Source: an uncultured Acidobacteriota bacterium
Lineage (GTDB): Bacteria > Acidobacteriota > Thermoanaerobaculia > Multivoradales > SZUA-115
DNA length: 64,000 nt
Assembly: GCA_963805975.1 (NCBI GenBank)
Contig: CAWDVR010000001.1
Location: 256,001-320,000 of the forward strand
Direction: 5' to 3'
Positions 19,247 through 29,300 of this stretch are shown piece after piece; within the stretch, counting starts at the first letter, position 1, and each line of letters begins with the position of its first letter. The notes beneath the pieces are model-generated. The model did no database searches. It saw nothing but the letters and a program-made list of their open reading frames with translations, and was not told where the DNA came from. The translations under genes and the position numbers were made by a program.

Positions 19247-20311
19247 TCAGGGCTCCTCGAGCGGGCGGTTGTGGGCGCGGCTCCAGACCAGGCGGGTGCG
19301 CCGCCCCTTGGCGGCCAGCGCGTCGAGCGAGGTGTGATCGAGGTTCTGCTCGACCACCGTCATCTCCTGCCGGGGGCTTCCGTCCGCGCCGGGGCCCGGG
19401 TCGAGCTCCACCAGGTAGCGGGTGTGCATCCCCAGGTAGAAGACCTCGCGGATGGTGCCGTCGGCCACGCATTCGCCCACGGCGGGCTCGGCTTCCGGGG
19501 GGCGGAGGCGGATCTTCTCGGGCCGCACGGCGACGGTGGCGGGCGAGCCGGTCAGCCTTCGCGCCAGCTCGCCGGCGAGGAGGTTCGAGACCCCCACGAA
19601 GCCCGAGACGAAGGCGGTCTTCGGCCGCTCGTAGACCTCGGCCGGCGTCCCCACCTGTTCGATCCGGCCCTGGTTGAAGACTGCGAGCCGGTCGGAGAGG
19701 GTCAGCGCCTCTTCCTGGTCGTGGGTGACGTAGAGAAAGCTGATGCCCACCTGCTGCTGGATCGCCTTGAGCTCCACTTCCATCTGCTGGCGAAGCTTCA
19801 GATCGAGAGCGCCCAGGGGCTCGTCCAGGAGCAGCAGGCGCGGCCGGTTGACCAGCGCCCGCGCCAGGGCCACGCGCTGCCGCTGGCCGCCGGAGAGCTC
19901 GTTGGGCTTGCGCTTCCCGTAGCCGGGCAGGCGCACCAGGGCCAGCGCCTCGTCGACGCGCCGGCCGAGCTCCGGCTTCGCCACGCGCTTGATCCTGAGG
20001 CCGTAGCCGACGTTCTCCGCCACCGTCAGGTGGGGGAAGAGCGCGTAGTCCTGGAAGACGGTGTTGACGTCGCGGTCGTAGGGGGCGAGGTCGGTGACGT
20101 CGCGGCCGGCCAGGAAGACGCGGCCGGCCGAAGGCCGCTCGAAGCCGGCCACCATGCGCAGGCAGGTGGTCTTGCCGGAGCCCGAGGGGCCGAGCAGGGA
20201 GAAGAACTCCCCCTCCGCCACCTCGAGGGTGACGCCGTCCACCGCGCGGACTTCGCCGAAGGAGCGGCTGACACGGTCGAGCCGGACGGCGGGGGCGGTC
20301 AAGAGAGCCAC
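19247..20311 (-). CDS. ydcT: Polyamine ABC transporter ATP-binding protein (YdcT/PotA-like)
   Basis: GPSGSGKTT, VNTVFQDYALFPH, LSGGQRQRVALARA, LLLDEPLGALD, TOBE C-terminus. Confidence 0.92.
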   Translation of the reverse strand: MALLTAPAVRLDRVSRSFGEVRAVDGVTLEVAEGEFFSLLGPSGSGKTTCLRMVAGFERPSAGRVFLAGRDVTDLAPYDRDVNTVFQDYALFPHLTVAENVGYGLRIKRVAKPELGRRVDEALALVRLPGYGKRKPNELSGGQRQRVALARALVNRPRLLLLDEPLGALDLKLRQQMEVELKAIQQQVGISFLYVTHDQEEALTLSDRLAVFNQGRIEQVGTPAEVYERPKTAFVSGFVGVSNLLAGELARRLTGSPATVAVRPEKIRLRPPEAEPAVGECVADGTIREVFYLGMHTRYLVELDPGPGADGSPRQEMTVVEQNLDHTSLDALAAKGRRTRLVWSRAHNRPLEEP

Positions 20312-20342
20312 GTCCTGCCGGGAGTGGCCGGGCCGCCCGCTC

Positions 20343-21548
20343 TCACCTCCCGCCGATCACCGCGATGTAGTCCGTCGCCCAGCGGTAGTAGGGCACGCAG
20401 CCCGAGCGGATCTTGTCGCAGGCCGTGGTCGGCGTCTTCCAGAAGTGGATCTTCGCGAAGTGGTCGTAGCCGTTGGTGGCACAGCCGCCGTCGCCCAGGA
20501 GCGCATTGCCGGTGCAGGCCGCGGCCACCACCGGCACCGAGCCGAACCAGGCCGCTAGGTCGCCCTGGAGCTTGGGGTCGAGCGAGTGCTCGAGCCACTG
20601 GTAGGCGCAGTTCGGGTGCGGCGCATCGACGTGCACCATGGTCGAGTCCGCCCAGCCCGTGCTGCCTTCCTTGGGGAAGACGCTCGCCACCGGCTGGTTC
20701 TCCGCCTTGAGCAGGTTGACCTGGAAGGGCCACGTGGAGGAGGCCACCACGCCCTCGTTCTTGAAGTCGTCCACCTGCACGTTGGGGTCGTGCCAGTACT
20801 TGCCGACCAGCTTGCGCTGCTGGCGCAACAGGTCGAGCGCGGCCTTGTACTGCTCCTCGGTGAGCGCGTAGGGGTCCTCGATGGCGAGCTCGGGCCGGGT
20901 GGCCTTCAGGTACAGGGCGGCGTCCGCGATGTAGATCGGCCCGTCGTAGGCTTGCACGCGGCCCTTGTTGGACTTGCCGTCCGGCAGGACGGTCTCCTCG
21001 AAGACCACCTTCCAGCTGTCCGGCGGCTGGCTGCCGAACGCCTTGGTGTTGTACAGCAGCACGTTCGGCCCCCACTGGTAGGGCACGCCGTAGTGCTTGC
21101 CGTCCACCGTGTGCCAGGGCGCGTTCTGCAGCCACCCCTCCACCTTGCTCCAGCTCGGCACCAGGCCGACGTTGATCTCCTGCACCTTGCCGCCGGTGAT
21201 CAGGCGGTTCGAGGCGTCGCCCGAGGCGGTCACCAGGTCGAACCCGCCGTCGTTCATCAGCGCCACCATCTCGTCGGAGGTGGCGGCGGTCTTCACCGTC
21301 ACCTTGCAGCCGCTCTGCTGCTCGAAAGCCGTCACCCAGTCGTAGGCCTTGTCGGTCTCGCCGCGCTCGATGTAGCCCGGCCAGGCGACGATCGACACCT
21401 GGCCCTCGCCGGCCCCGAGCGCGGTCATCGCCGGCTTGGCCGTCGGCCCGGGCGGTGGCGGCTCGGCCTGCTTCGAGGCCTGCCCGCCGCAGCCGGCGAG
21501 CGCGAGCATCAGGACCGGGGTCATCCACTGCGAGATTCGACGGTGCAT
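20343..21548 (-). CDS. ydcS: Polyamine ABC transporter substrate-binding lipoprotein (YdcS-like)
   Basis: LAGC lipobox; AWPGYIERGETDKAYDWVT.FE..SGCKV, TSDEMV, DLVTASGDAS, GVPYQWGPNVL. Confidence 0.92.
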   Translation of the reverse strand: MHRRISQWMTPVLMLALAGCGGQASKQAEPPPPGPTAKPAMTALGAGEGQVSIVAWPGYIERGETDKAYDWVTAFEQQSGCKVTVKTAATSDEMVALMNDGGFDLVTASGDASNRLITGGKVQEINVGLVPSWSKVEGWLQNAPWHTVDGKHYGVPYQWGPNVLLYNTKAFGSQPPDSWKVVFEETVLPDGKSNKGRVQAYDGPIYIADAALYLKATRPELAIEDPYALTEEQYKAALDLLRQQRKLVGKYWHDPNVQVDDFKNEGVVASSTWPFQVNLLKAENQPVASVFPKEGSTGWADSTMVHVDAPHPNCAYQWLEHSLDPKLQGDLAAWFGSVPVVAAACTGNALLGDGGCATNGYDHFAKIHFWKTPTTACDKIRSGCVPYYRWATDYIAVIGGR

Positions 21549-21766
21549 GGTCTTGCTCCTTTCACCACGGCGCCAGCGGCGAATGCCGCGGGGGCGCAGC
21601 TCGCCGATCTCGAGAAGGGTCGAAAAATCTGACGCAAGCGTAGCATGGGGCCGGCGCCCCGGACGGGGTCGGCCCTGATCGGGAGCGACACAGATCCCGC
21701 GGTTCGCCCGATGGTATTCTTTCGCGTTCAAGCGCGGGACCAAGTTCCAAGTACGGAGGCTTTCCC

Positions 21767-22618
21767 ATGCCAGACGCCGTCGCCAAGGCCACTGGCGCCG
21801 ACATCATCCAGTTGATCGTCGAGCAGATGTACGATCAGCTCGAGCCTCTCGCCACCGAGGTCCTGGCTCCCAGCCTGTACCAGGTCTACCTCCACGAGGG
21901 TGACTACCGGCGCCTCCAGGGGATCGTCGCCCGGCTCGAGGCGGACGCGCGCCGCGCCCTGGACAACGAGATCGCACGCCTCAACCGCCAGGCCCAGCCG
22001 CTCTTCGTGCGCCTGCTGGGAAAGCTCCGCCAGCAGCCGTTCAGCAGGCCGCCGAAGCGCTACTGCTCGGCAGACGGCGAGTGGCACATCCAGATCCAGC
22101 CGGACCCAGACGAGTCTCTCGAGCCGGGGCGGGTGCGCGTGGTCTCCGACCTCGCGCTGGGCCCCGAGGAGGGCTACGGAAGCGGGAGCAAGACCCATCG
22201 CATCCACTCCGTCACCCGCAACCTCAAAGAGCTGACAGGACGCCCGCGCGCCGCCGAGAACCTCATCCCCACGCTGGCGCGTTTCTCCTATGTGGATGGC
22301 CAGGGGCCGCAGGTCTACGAGATGAAGAAGACCGAGATCGTGATCGGCCGTCAGGCGGTCAACGCGATGACCGACATCGCTCTCGACACCTTGCAGGACG
22401 TCTCGCGCGAGCACGCCTACGTCAAGTACTCGGACCACCGGTTCTTCATCAAGGACGTGGGCGACTACGGCACCAAGGTCAACGGCAGGAAGGTGCAGGC
22501 GAGCCGGCCCAACGCGGCCGGGGGAGGCCCCGACCTCGACCTCTGGGTGCCGCTCGGGGACGGCGACACGATCGAGCTGGCCGACGTGATCACCCTCGAT
22601 TTCGAGGTGGCGAAGTGA
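21767..22618 (+). CDS. FhaA-like protein (DUF3662-type N-terminus + FHA)
   Basis: LAPSLYQVYLHEGDY (FhaA-N pattern); FHA IVIGR...VSREHA...KDVGDYGTKVNG; GGAGG RBS. Confidence 0.82.
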   Translation: MPDAVAKATGADIIQLIVEQMYDQLEPLATEVLAPSLYQVYLHEGDYRRLQGIVARLEADARRALDNEIARLNRQAQPLFVRLLGKLRQQPFSRPPKRYCSADGEWHIQIQPDPDESLEPGRVRVVSDLALGPEEGYGSGSKTHRIHSVTRNLKELTGRPRAAENLIPTLARFSYVDGQGPQVYEMKKTEIVIGRQAVNAMTDIALDTLQDVSREHAYVKYSDHRFFIKDVGDYGTKVNGRKVQASRPNAAGGGPDLDLWVPLGDGDTIELADVITLDFEVAK

Positions 22619-22707
22619 CCTTGCTCTTTCTCGCCCGGCTTGGCTTTCTCTTGGCCCTGCTCCTCGTTTCGGCCCTGTTCTTCTGGGCGGCCTCCCGCCG
22701 GCGGTAG
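22615..22707 (+). CDS. Putative 30-aa single-TM peptide
   Basis: GTG overlaps the FHA stop (GTGA); MTLLFLARLGFLLALLLVSALFFWAASRRR; the stop TAG merges into the AGGAGG RBS of the next gene. Confidence 0.55.
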   Translation: MTLLFLARLGFLLALLLVSALFFWAASRRR

Positions 22708-22721
22708 GAGGAAGGCGCGCG

Positions 22722-24434
22722 ATGCTCACCTCGAGCCCCGGGTTCGCGGCCCGCTCCGACGTCGGCCGGACGCGGGACAACAACGAAGACCGGGTGGTGT
22801 GCGACCGTCGCCGATCGGTGTTCGCGGTCATCGACGGCGTTGGGGGAGAGGCGGGGGGCGAGGAAGCGGCGCGCATCGCCGAGGAGTACCTCCTGGACCG
22901 GCTGTCGCGCCGCACCGGCACCCCCGAGCAGATCCTCGAGCAGGCCATCACCCTCGCCAACACCAGGATCCTGGACGAGGCGCGCTCGAATCCTCGGCTC
23001 GAGGGCATGTCCTGCGTGATCACCGCGCTGGTGCTCGAGGCGCGGGACCAACGGATGGAGGCCATCTACGGCCATGTGGGAGACACCCGGCTCTACCGGC
23101 TGTCTCCCGGCCAGATCGAGAAGATCACCCGCGACCACTCCTTCGTCGGCAAGCTGGAGGACAGTGGTCAGCTCTCCGAGGAAGACGCCATGCGCCATCC
23201 GCGGCGCAGCGAGATCCTGCGTGACCTCGGCAGCGAGGAACACGACCTGGGCGACGCCGGGTTCATCGACATCGGCCGGCTGCCGTTTCCGCCCGACAGT
23301 GCCTTCCTGCTGTGCAGCGATGGACTGTCGGACCAGGTGAGCTCGCACCAGATCCGGAAGATCGTCGAAGGCTCTGCCGACGACCCCCGGCGAGTGGTAG
23401 AGCGGCTGGTCGTCGCCGCCAACGAGGCCGGGGGCAAGGACAACGTGTCGGTCGTGCTGCTCACCGGCGCCGAGTACGCGGCGGCAGTCCGGCGGGCAGA
23501 GCACCGGGCCAGGAATGACCTGCGCTCTGTTCCCGAGCGCGTGCCGGCTCGGGGCATCGTTGTCTCGGAGGAGCCCGGGCGTGCCCCGGCGAAGCGGGCC
23601 GCTCCAGGCGCGTCCCGGCGCGAGCCCTCGGCCGGCCCCTGGCGCCGGCTGGCCGTGGGCGCCGGCGTCAGCCTGCTGCTCCTGCTCGCGCTCGCGATGT
23701 CCTGGGACCGGCTCCTCCCCTGGCTCGAGGCCCGGGTCGGCGGGCTGGGCACCATCGCTCCGAGGGGCGAGAGCCTCGTCGTGCCCGAGAGCGGTTTCGC
23801 TACCTTGCAGGAGGCGATCGATGCCGCCCGGCCGGGCACGACCCTCCTCGTCGAGCCCGGCCGGTACTCCGAGGCCCTGCGCTTGCGAAGCGGGGTCTCG
23901 CTGGTGAGCGCCCAGCCGGGTGGCGCCGTGCTCGCGCCCATCTCCGGAGAGGCGGTGGTGCGGGCCGAGGGGGTGCGCGAGGTGCGCTTCGAGGGCTTCC
24001 GTCTCGAAGCCGCGGCCTCCGTGACGATCGGCCTCGAGCTGATCGAGTCCGAGCTCCAGGCGGTCGACCTCGAGATCTCCGGCGCGTCGCTGGCCGCCGT
24101 GCGCACCCGAGGCGCCGACCGCTCGCGCATCGAGCGGTCGGTGCTGCGCAACAACGCGGGCGCCGCCCTGCGATCCGACTCCGGCACTGCCCTCTGGTTT
24201 CTCGACAACCTGGTGCAGGCGAGCGGCACCGCCGCCGGCCGCTCGGCCGTCGAAGTGGCAGAGGGCGCCCACCCGCGGATCTCGGGCAATCGCTTCACGG
24301 GCGGCGCTGTGCCGGTGGTCTGCGGGCCGGCTACCCTCGATGAAGAGAAGCTCTTCGCCTGGAACCAGTTCGGGGAGCTCCGGCGGGACCAGGCCGTCCG
24401 CCTCGGCACGCCGGGCTGCGGAGCGGGCCGCTGA
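22722..24434 (+). CDS. PP2C Ser/Thr phosphatase + TM + extracytoplasmic right-handed beta-helix
   Basis: SDVGRTRDNNED, VIDGVGG, HVGDTRLY, TRDHS, LLCSDGL, GGKDNVS; TM LAVGAGVSLLLLLALA; ATLQEAIDAARPG..LLVEPGRYSE beta-helix cap. Confidence 0.88.
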   Translation: MLTSSPGFAARSDVGRTRDNNEDRVVCDRRRSVFAVIDGVGGEAGGEEAARIAEEYLLDRLSRRTGTPEQILEQAITLANTRILDEARSNPRLEGMSCVITALVLEARDQRMEAIYGHVGDTRLYRLSPGQIEKITRDHSFVGKLEDSGQLSEEDAMRHPRRSEILRDLGSEEHDLGDAGFIDIGRLPFPPDSAFLLCSDGLSDQVSSHQIRKIVEGSADDPRRVVERLVVAANEAGGKDNVSVVLLTGAEYAAAVRRAEHRARNDLRSVPERVPARGIVVSEEPGRAPAKRAAPGASRREPSAGPWRRLAVGAGVSLLLLLALAMSWDRLLPWLEARVGGLGTIAPRGESLVVPESGFATLQEAIDAARPGTTLLVEPGRYSEALRLRSGVSLVSAQPGGAVLAPISGEAVVRAEGVREVRFEGFRLEAAASVTIGLELIESELQAVDLEISGASLAAVRTRGADRSRIERSVLRNNAGAALRSDSGTALWFLDNLVQASGTAAGRSAVEVAEGAHPRISGNRFTGGAVPVVCGPATLDEEKLFAWNQFGELRRDQAVRLGTPGCGAGR

Positions 24435-24451
24435 AAGGCGAAGAGACGCCC

Positions 24452-26320
24452 ATGCCGGCTCAGCAGAGCTTCGGCCGGTTCGAGAACCTCCGCGAGCTGC
24501 GCAAAGGAGGCATGGGAGAGGTGTACCTGGCCTTCGACCCCCGCCGCGGCGAGGACGTGGTCCTGAAGCGGGTGCCTCTCGACGGCGAGGACCCCGGCGT
24601 CCTTCCCGCCCAGCGACTGGGTGCCACCCTGCAGGAGAAGCTTGCGGCCCATAGCGCGCGCGTGCCGGCAGTCTTCGAGACGGGCGATCTCGATGGATAC
24701 TTCTACGTCGCGATGCAGTACGTCGCCGGCAACGACCTGTCCTCGCTCCTCGTCAAGGAGCGTCACATCCCGCCGGACCGAGCGCTCGCCTGGGTGCGAG
24801 AGCTGTGCGAGATCCTGGGCTCCAGTCACAACCTGAACGAGACCGTCGAGGGCGAGCTCGTGCAGGCAGTCGTGCATGCGGACATCAAGCTCGAGAACCT
24901 GCGGCTCACCGACCAGGGCGAGCTCTTCCTCATCGACTTCAGTACCGCCAAGGCGCTGACCGAGGCGCAACCGCTCGTCCAGAATGACTTCGCGACGCCC
25001 TCGTACATGCCTCCCGAGTACGCGGAGTCGGGCCGCCAGGTGAACTGTGCAACCGACTTGTGGTCCGCGGGGGTGGTGCTCTACAAGCTGCTCTGCGGGA
25101 GGTTCCCGTTTCGCGGAGCGACCGACGAGGAGATCTTCGAGAACATCCGCCTGGCGAGGCTCCGGCCACCCCCCGAGGGCCTGCCCGTCAAGCTCGAGAG
25201 CATCCTGGCCCGCTCGCTCGCCCACCGGCCGGAGCGCCGCTATCCCACCGCGGCCGCGTTCTGTGCCGACCTCGACGCGTTTCTCCTCGACCGCCCCCTG
25301 GCGCCGGAGACCCTGGCGCTCGAGGAGGCGGGTGACGACCGGACGCGCCGCACGGTGGCCTCTGCCGACGACGACGGGCGAACGCGGCGCACCCGGACAC
25401 CGGCGGCCTCCGATACCGCGGCGGGCAGTGCCGAGGCCAAGGCGCCCGCCCACGCGGCCTGGCGCAGCCGGCCGCTGCTCTGGGCCCTCGGGGTCGTGAC
25501 CACCCTGTTCTTCGGAGCCCAGGTCTATGCCCAGATCGTGGCGCGACAGGTGGTCCGTGAGCTCACGGTGCAGGTCGACCCGGACCTCGAACGCGCCTGG
25601 GACCGCTACTTGCGGGCCAGGAGGCTGAGCATCGTGCCGCTCACCAAGGCGAAGGGCCGTCTCCATGCCGCCTTCCTCGACCAGGCCGAGTCGCTGTTTC
25701 TCGCCTATCGCGAGAACCCCCGGACCGTTGCCTGCTCGGACTGGCTGCGGGCGCAGCCGTGGGTCGAGCACGCGACGCGACTGCGCCCCGATGCCCCCAC
25801 CAAGGCGCGGCAGCTCTACGTCCATGGACAGGTCCGGCGGCTGATGGCAGAGCGCAAGTGCGACCTCCCGACCCGCTCGACCTACGCCGAGGCGACCGAG
25901 CTGCTCGGGAAGGCTGCCGCCCTCGATGCCCAATGGGCCGACCCCCTGGTCGCCCTGGTGGTGATCCACGCCTGGCGGCACTTCGACTTCGACCGGCTGA
26001 TCGCCGCTCTCGACGAGATGGAGAACCGAGGGCAAGCTCAGACCGTGCTGGCGAAGTCCGCCTACGCCGACGGCTACAGGGAGCAGTGCGGACGCCTGGC
26101 AGCGAGCGTGAAGCAGCTCCAGGATCCCGCCCGGCAGGTGGAGCTGCTGGAGCAGGCCGACCAGCACTGCGCGCTCGCGGAGAGCTGGTACGGGCAGATC
26201 CCGCAGCAGCAAGGTACGCGCGACGGCCTGAGGACGGTGGGCAGGCGCCGGCGCGACATCGCCGCGCAACTGACGAGGTTGCGGCCTGACATCGACAGCC
26301 TGGAGGGCTGGGGCGAATGA
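24452..26320 (+). CDS. Hanks-type Ser/Thr kinase (non-RD, atypical) + TM + helical extracytoplasmic domain
   Basis: GGMGEVY, VVLKR, HADIKLEN, IDFS, TPSYMPPE, TDLWSAGV; TM LLWALGVVTTLFFGA. Confidence 0.85.
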   Translation: MPAQQSFGRFENLRELRKGGMGEVYLAFDPRRGEDVVLKRVPLDGEDPGVLPAQRLGATLQEKLAAHSARVPAVFETGDLDGYFYVAMQYVAGNDLSSLLVKERHIPPDRALAWVRELCEILGSSHNLNETVEGELVQAVVHADIKLENLRLTDQGELFLIDFSTAKALTEAQPLVQNDFATPSYMPPEYAESGRQVNCATDLWSAGVVLYKLLCGRFPFRGATDEEIFENIRLARLRPPPEGLPVKLESILARSLAHRPERRYPTAAAFCADLDAFLLDRPLAPETLALEEAGDDRTRRTVASADDDGRTRRTRTPAASDTAAGSAEAKAPAHAAWRSRPLLWALGVVTTLFFGAQVYAQIVARQVVRELTVQVDPDLERAWDRYLRARRLSIVPLTKAKGRLHAAFLDQAESLFLAYRENPRTVACSDWLRAQPWVEHATRLRPDAPTKARQLYVHGQVRRLMAERKCDLPTRSTYAEATELLGKAAALDAQWADPLVALVVIHAWRHFDFDRLIAALDEMENRGQAQTVLAKSAYADGYREQCGRLAASVKQLQDPARQVELLEQADQHCALAESWYGQIPQQQGTRDGLRTVGRRRRDIAAQLTRLRPDIDSLEGWGE

Positions 26321-29300
26321 ATCCACTCCCGAGCAGACCGCCCCGCCGGCCGCGCTGGAAGCCGCCCGAGCCGCCGCACCTCAGGCCCCGGCGCGACCAG
26401 GAAGCGCTGCTCCTCGCGGCCGCGTTGCTCACCCTCGTGGCTGGCTTGGTGCTGGTCTACCTGGCGGTCGCCGCACCGTTCTCGGAGGTCGAGGCCGGGC
26501 TCGAGCGAGGCGAGATCCTCGACCTCAATGCGTTGTCCCAGCCGGAGAGACTGGCGCCGCACCTCACCTTTTCGAGCGACCGCGGCGAGCGCGCCTTCCT
26601 CGCCGGCCGGATCTTCCAGCACCTCACCCGCCCCGGCGCCGAACCGGCGGCGAACGTGGGAGAGCTGGGCAAGCTGCGCGTCGGCGCCGCCGACCTCGCC
26701 AAGGCTGGGGCACCCCGGCTCGCCCAGCGGCTCGCCGCGCGGCAGGCCGCGCTGCCCGGGCCCGAGCGGGCGGCGGCGACCGTCCGCCTGCTCACGGACG
26801 AAGAGCTGCAGGAGGTGAAACCCCGGCTCATCGTCCGCCGCCCGGCGCAGTTCCGCGGCGCCTTCTGGCGCTGGAGCGCGCTCCAGCTCGTCGCCTTCGC
26901 GGCCGTGCACCTGGCCTGGCGGCGCCTGCGCTTCCGCGGGGATCAGGTGCTCCTCCCCCTGGTCGCCCTGCTCACCGGGCTGGGCCTCCTGGTGATGCTC
27001 GCCGTGCGAGACCCCCTGCGCGACCTGCTGCTCTTCCGGTCCTTCAGTGGTGGCGTCGCCTTGGGTTGCCTGGCGCTCGCGGCGGCGAGCTTCCTCCGGG
27101 TGGAGGGCTCGCGCCTGCGCAAGGCAAGCTTCCTGGCTCTCGTCGCCGCCCTGCTGCTCTCGGCGCTGCTGATCGCCTTCGGCAGCGGGCCGGGCGCGAG
27201 CGACGCCAAGGTCAACCTCCTAGGCTTCCAGCCGGTGGAGGCGATCAAGCTGCTGCTGGTGCTCTTCTTCGCCGGCTACTTCGCGGAGCGCTGGGAGTTC
27301 CTGCGCGAGATCAAGGAGCGCCGTCGCGTCTTCGCGCGCCTGCCGCGCTGGCTGCGCCCGCCGAAGCTCGAGTATGCGCTGCCGCCCCTCCTGGCCATCG
27401 CCGCTGTCCTGGTCTTCTTCTTCCTGCAGCGAGACCTCGGTCCCGCCCTGGTGTTCGCCTTCCTCTTCCTGCTGCTCTACGCGGTGGCACGGGGCCGCGC
27501 CCTCCTCGCCCTGGTGGGGACGGCGCTCGTCATCGGCGGCTTCTTCGCCGGCTATGCGCTGCGCTTTCCCCGCACCGTGGCCGGCCGCATCGAGATGTGG
27601 CTCTCGCCCTGGGACAATCTGTGGAAAGGCGGCGATCACCTGGCCCACTCGCTGTGGGCCTTCGCCTCCGGCGGCCTCGCGGGCACGGGGTTGGGGCTCG
27701 GAGCGCCGGGCTCGGTGCCGGAGGCGCACACCGACCTGGTGCTCGCCGTGGTCGGCGAGGAGCTCGGCTTCGCCGGCCTGGTGCTCGTGCTCGGTCTCTA
27801 CGCGATCCTGATCTGGCGCGGCTTCAAGATCTCGCTCGAGGCGAGCGGGCTCTATTCTTTCTTCCTGGGGCTGGGCCTGACCCTGCTGACCGCGCTGCAA
27901 CTGGTGCTCATCGCCGGCGGCGTGCTGGGCGTCATCCCGCTTTCCGGCGTCGTCACCCCGTTCCTGAGCTATGGCCGCTCCTCGATGCTGGCCAACCTGC
28001 TGCTGGTCGGCCTGCTGCTCGCCATCTCCAACCAGCGCTCTCCGGGCTCGGCCGGCGAACGCTTCCGTCCCGCCCTGCGCTGGGCCTGGCTTCCTCTCGG
28101 CCTGCTGCTCGCAGCCATCGTCGGGAAGGCCGGCTACGTCCAGGCCCTGAGGGCGGACCAGGTCTTGACCACGGGCGTACTCTCCGTCCAGGGCGACGAC
28201 GTGCGGCGCTTCCGCTACAACCCGCGCCTGGTGGAGATCGCGCGGCTGATCCCGCGGGGCTCGATCCTCGACCGCAACGCGGTCCCCCTCGCCACCGGGG
28301 ACCCGGCGCTCCTCGCTCCCCATCGCGAGACCTACGAGGCCCTCCGCGTGCCCGTCGCCGAGCTCGAGGGTGGCGCCGGCAGCCGCTTCTATCCGCTGGC
28401 CGGCCGTGCCTTCCACCTGCTGGGAGATGTCCGCAATCAGCTCAACTGGCCGGCCGGCAACAGCTCCTACATCGAGCGCGACCTGCGGGTGCGCCTGCAG
28501 GGGTACGACGACCACGCGCGAGTCGTCCAGGTACGCCAGAAGGACGGCAGCGTGCAGGGAGTGTTCGAGCGCGACTATCGCGAGCTGGTGCCGCTGCTGC
28601 GCTACCGGGCCCTGCCGCAGCATCCCGCGGTCCGGCGTCTTCTGGAGCGCGAGCGCGACGTCAAGCTCACGGTCGACGCGCGCTTGCAGGCCGGCGTGGC
28701 GGACGCGCTCGTCGAGGTGGTGCACGAAGCCGGCAGCCGGCATGGCGCCGCCGTGGTGCTCGACGCCCTGAGCGGAGAGGTTCTGGCGAGCGTCAGCTAC
28801 CCATGGCCGGAGGCGCTGCCGCTTTTCGATCGCCAGCGAGAAGAGGAGTCCCTGCTCGACCGGGCGCGCTACGGGGCCTACCCGCCGGGCTCCACCTTCA
28901 AGATCGTGACCGCCATGGCGGCCCTGCGCCACGACCCCGCGGCGGGACAGCAGACGTTCCAGTGCGTGGCGCTAGAGGACGGGCGGGCCGGGCACTCGGT
29001 GCGTGGCTGGGGGCGGCCGATCCGCGACGACCGCACCGTGCACCAGCCGCATGGCACGGTGGACCTCGCGCGCGGCATCGCCTTCTCCTGCAACGCGTAC
29101 TTCGCGCAGCTCGCGGTCTACGAGGTCGGCGGCGCGGCGCTGCTCGACACGGCGAGCCTGCTCGACATCGAGGTGGCGCGGCCGAACAACGTCCAGGCGC
29201 TCCGCGACGCCCTGCCGCAGGCCTCCTACGGCCAGGGCCAGGTCCTCGCCTCACCGTTCCAGATGGCGCGGGTGGCCGCCACCGTGGCGAGCGGCGGCAG

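Noticed and set aside
23168-26326. Very long antisense ORFs (also 14932-17274, 41628-44249, 55945-58911)
   Set aside because: Expected in high-GC DNA where stop codons are rare; each mirrors a well-supported gene on the other strand.
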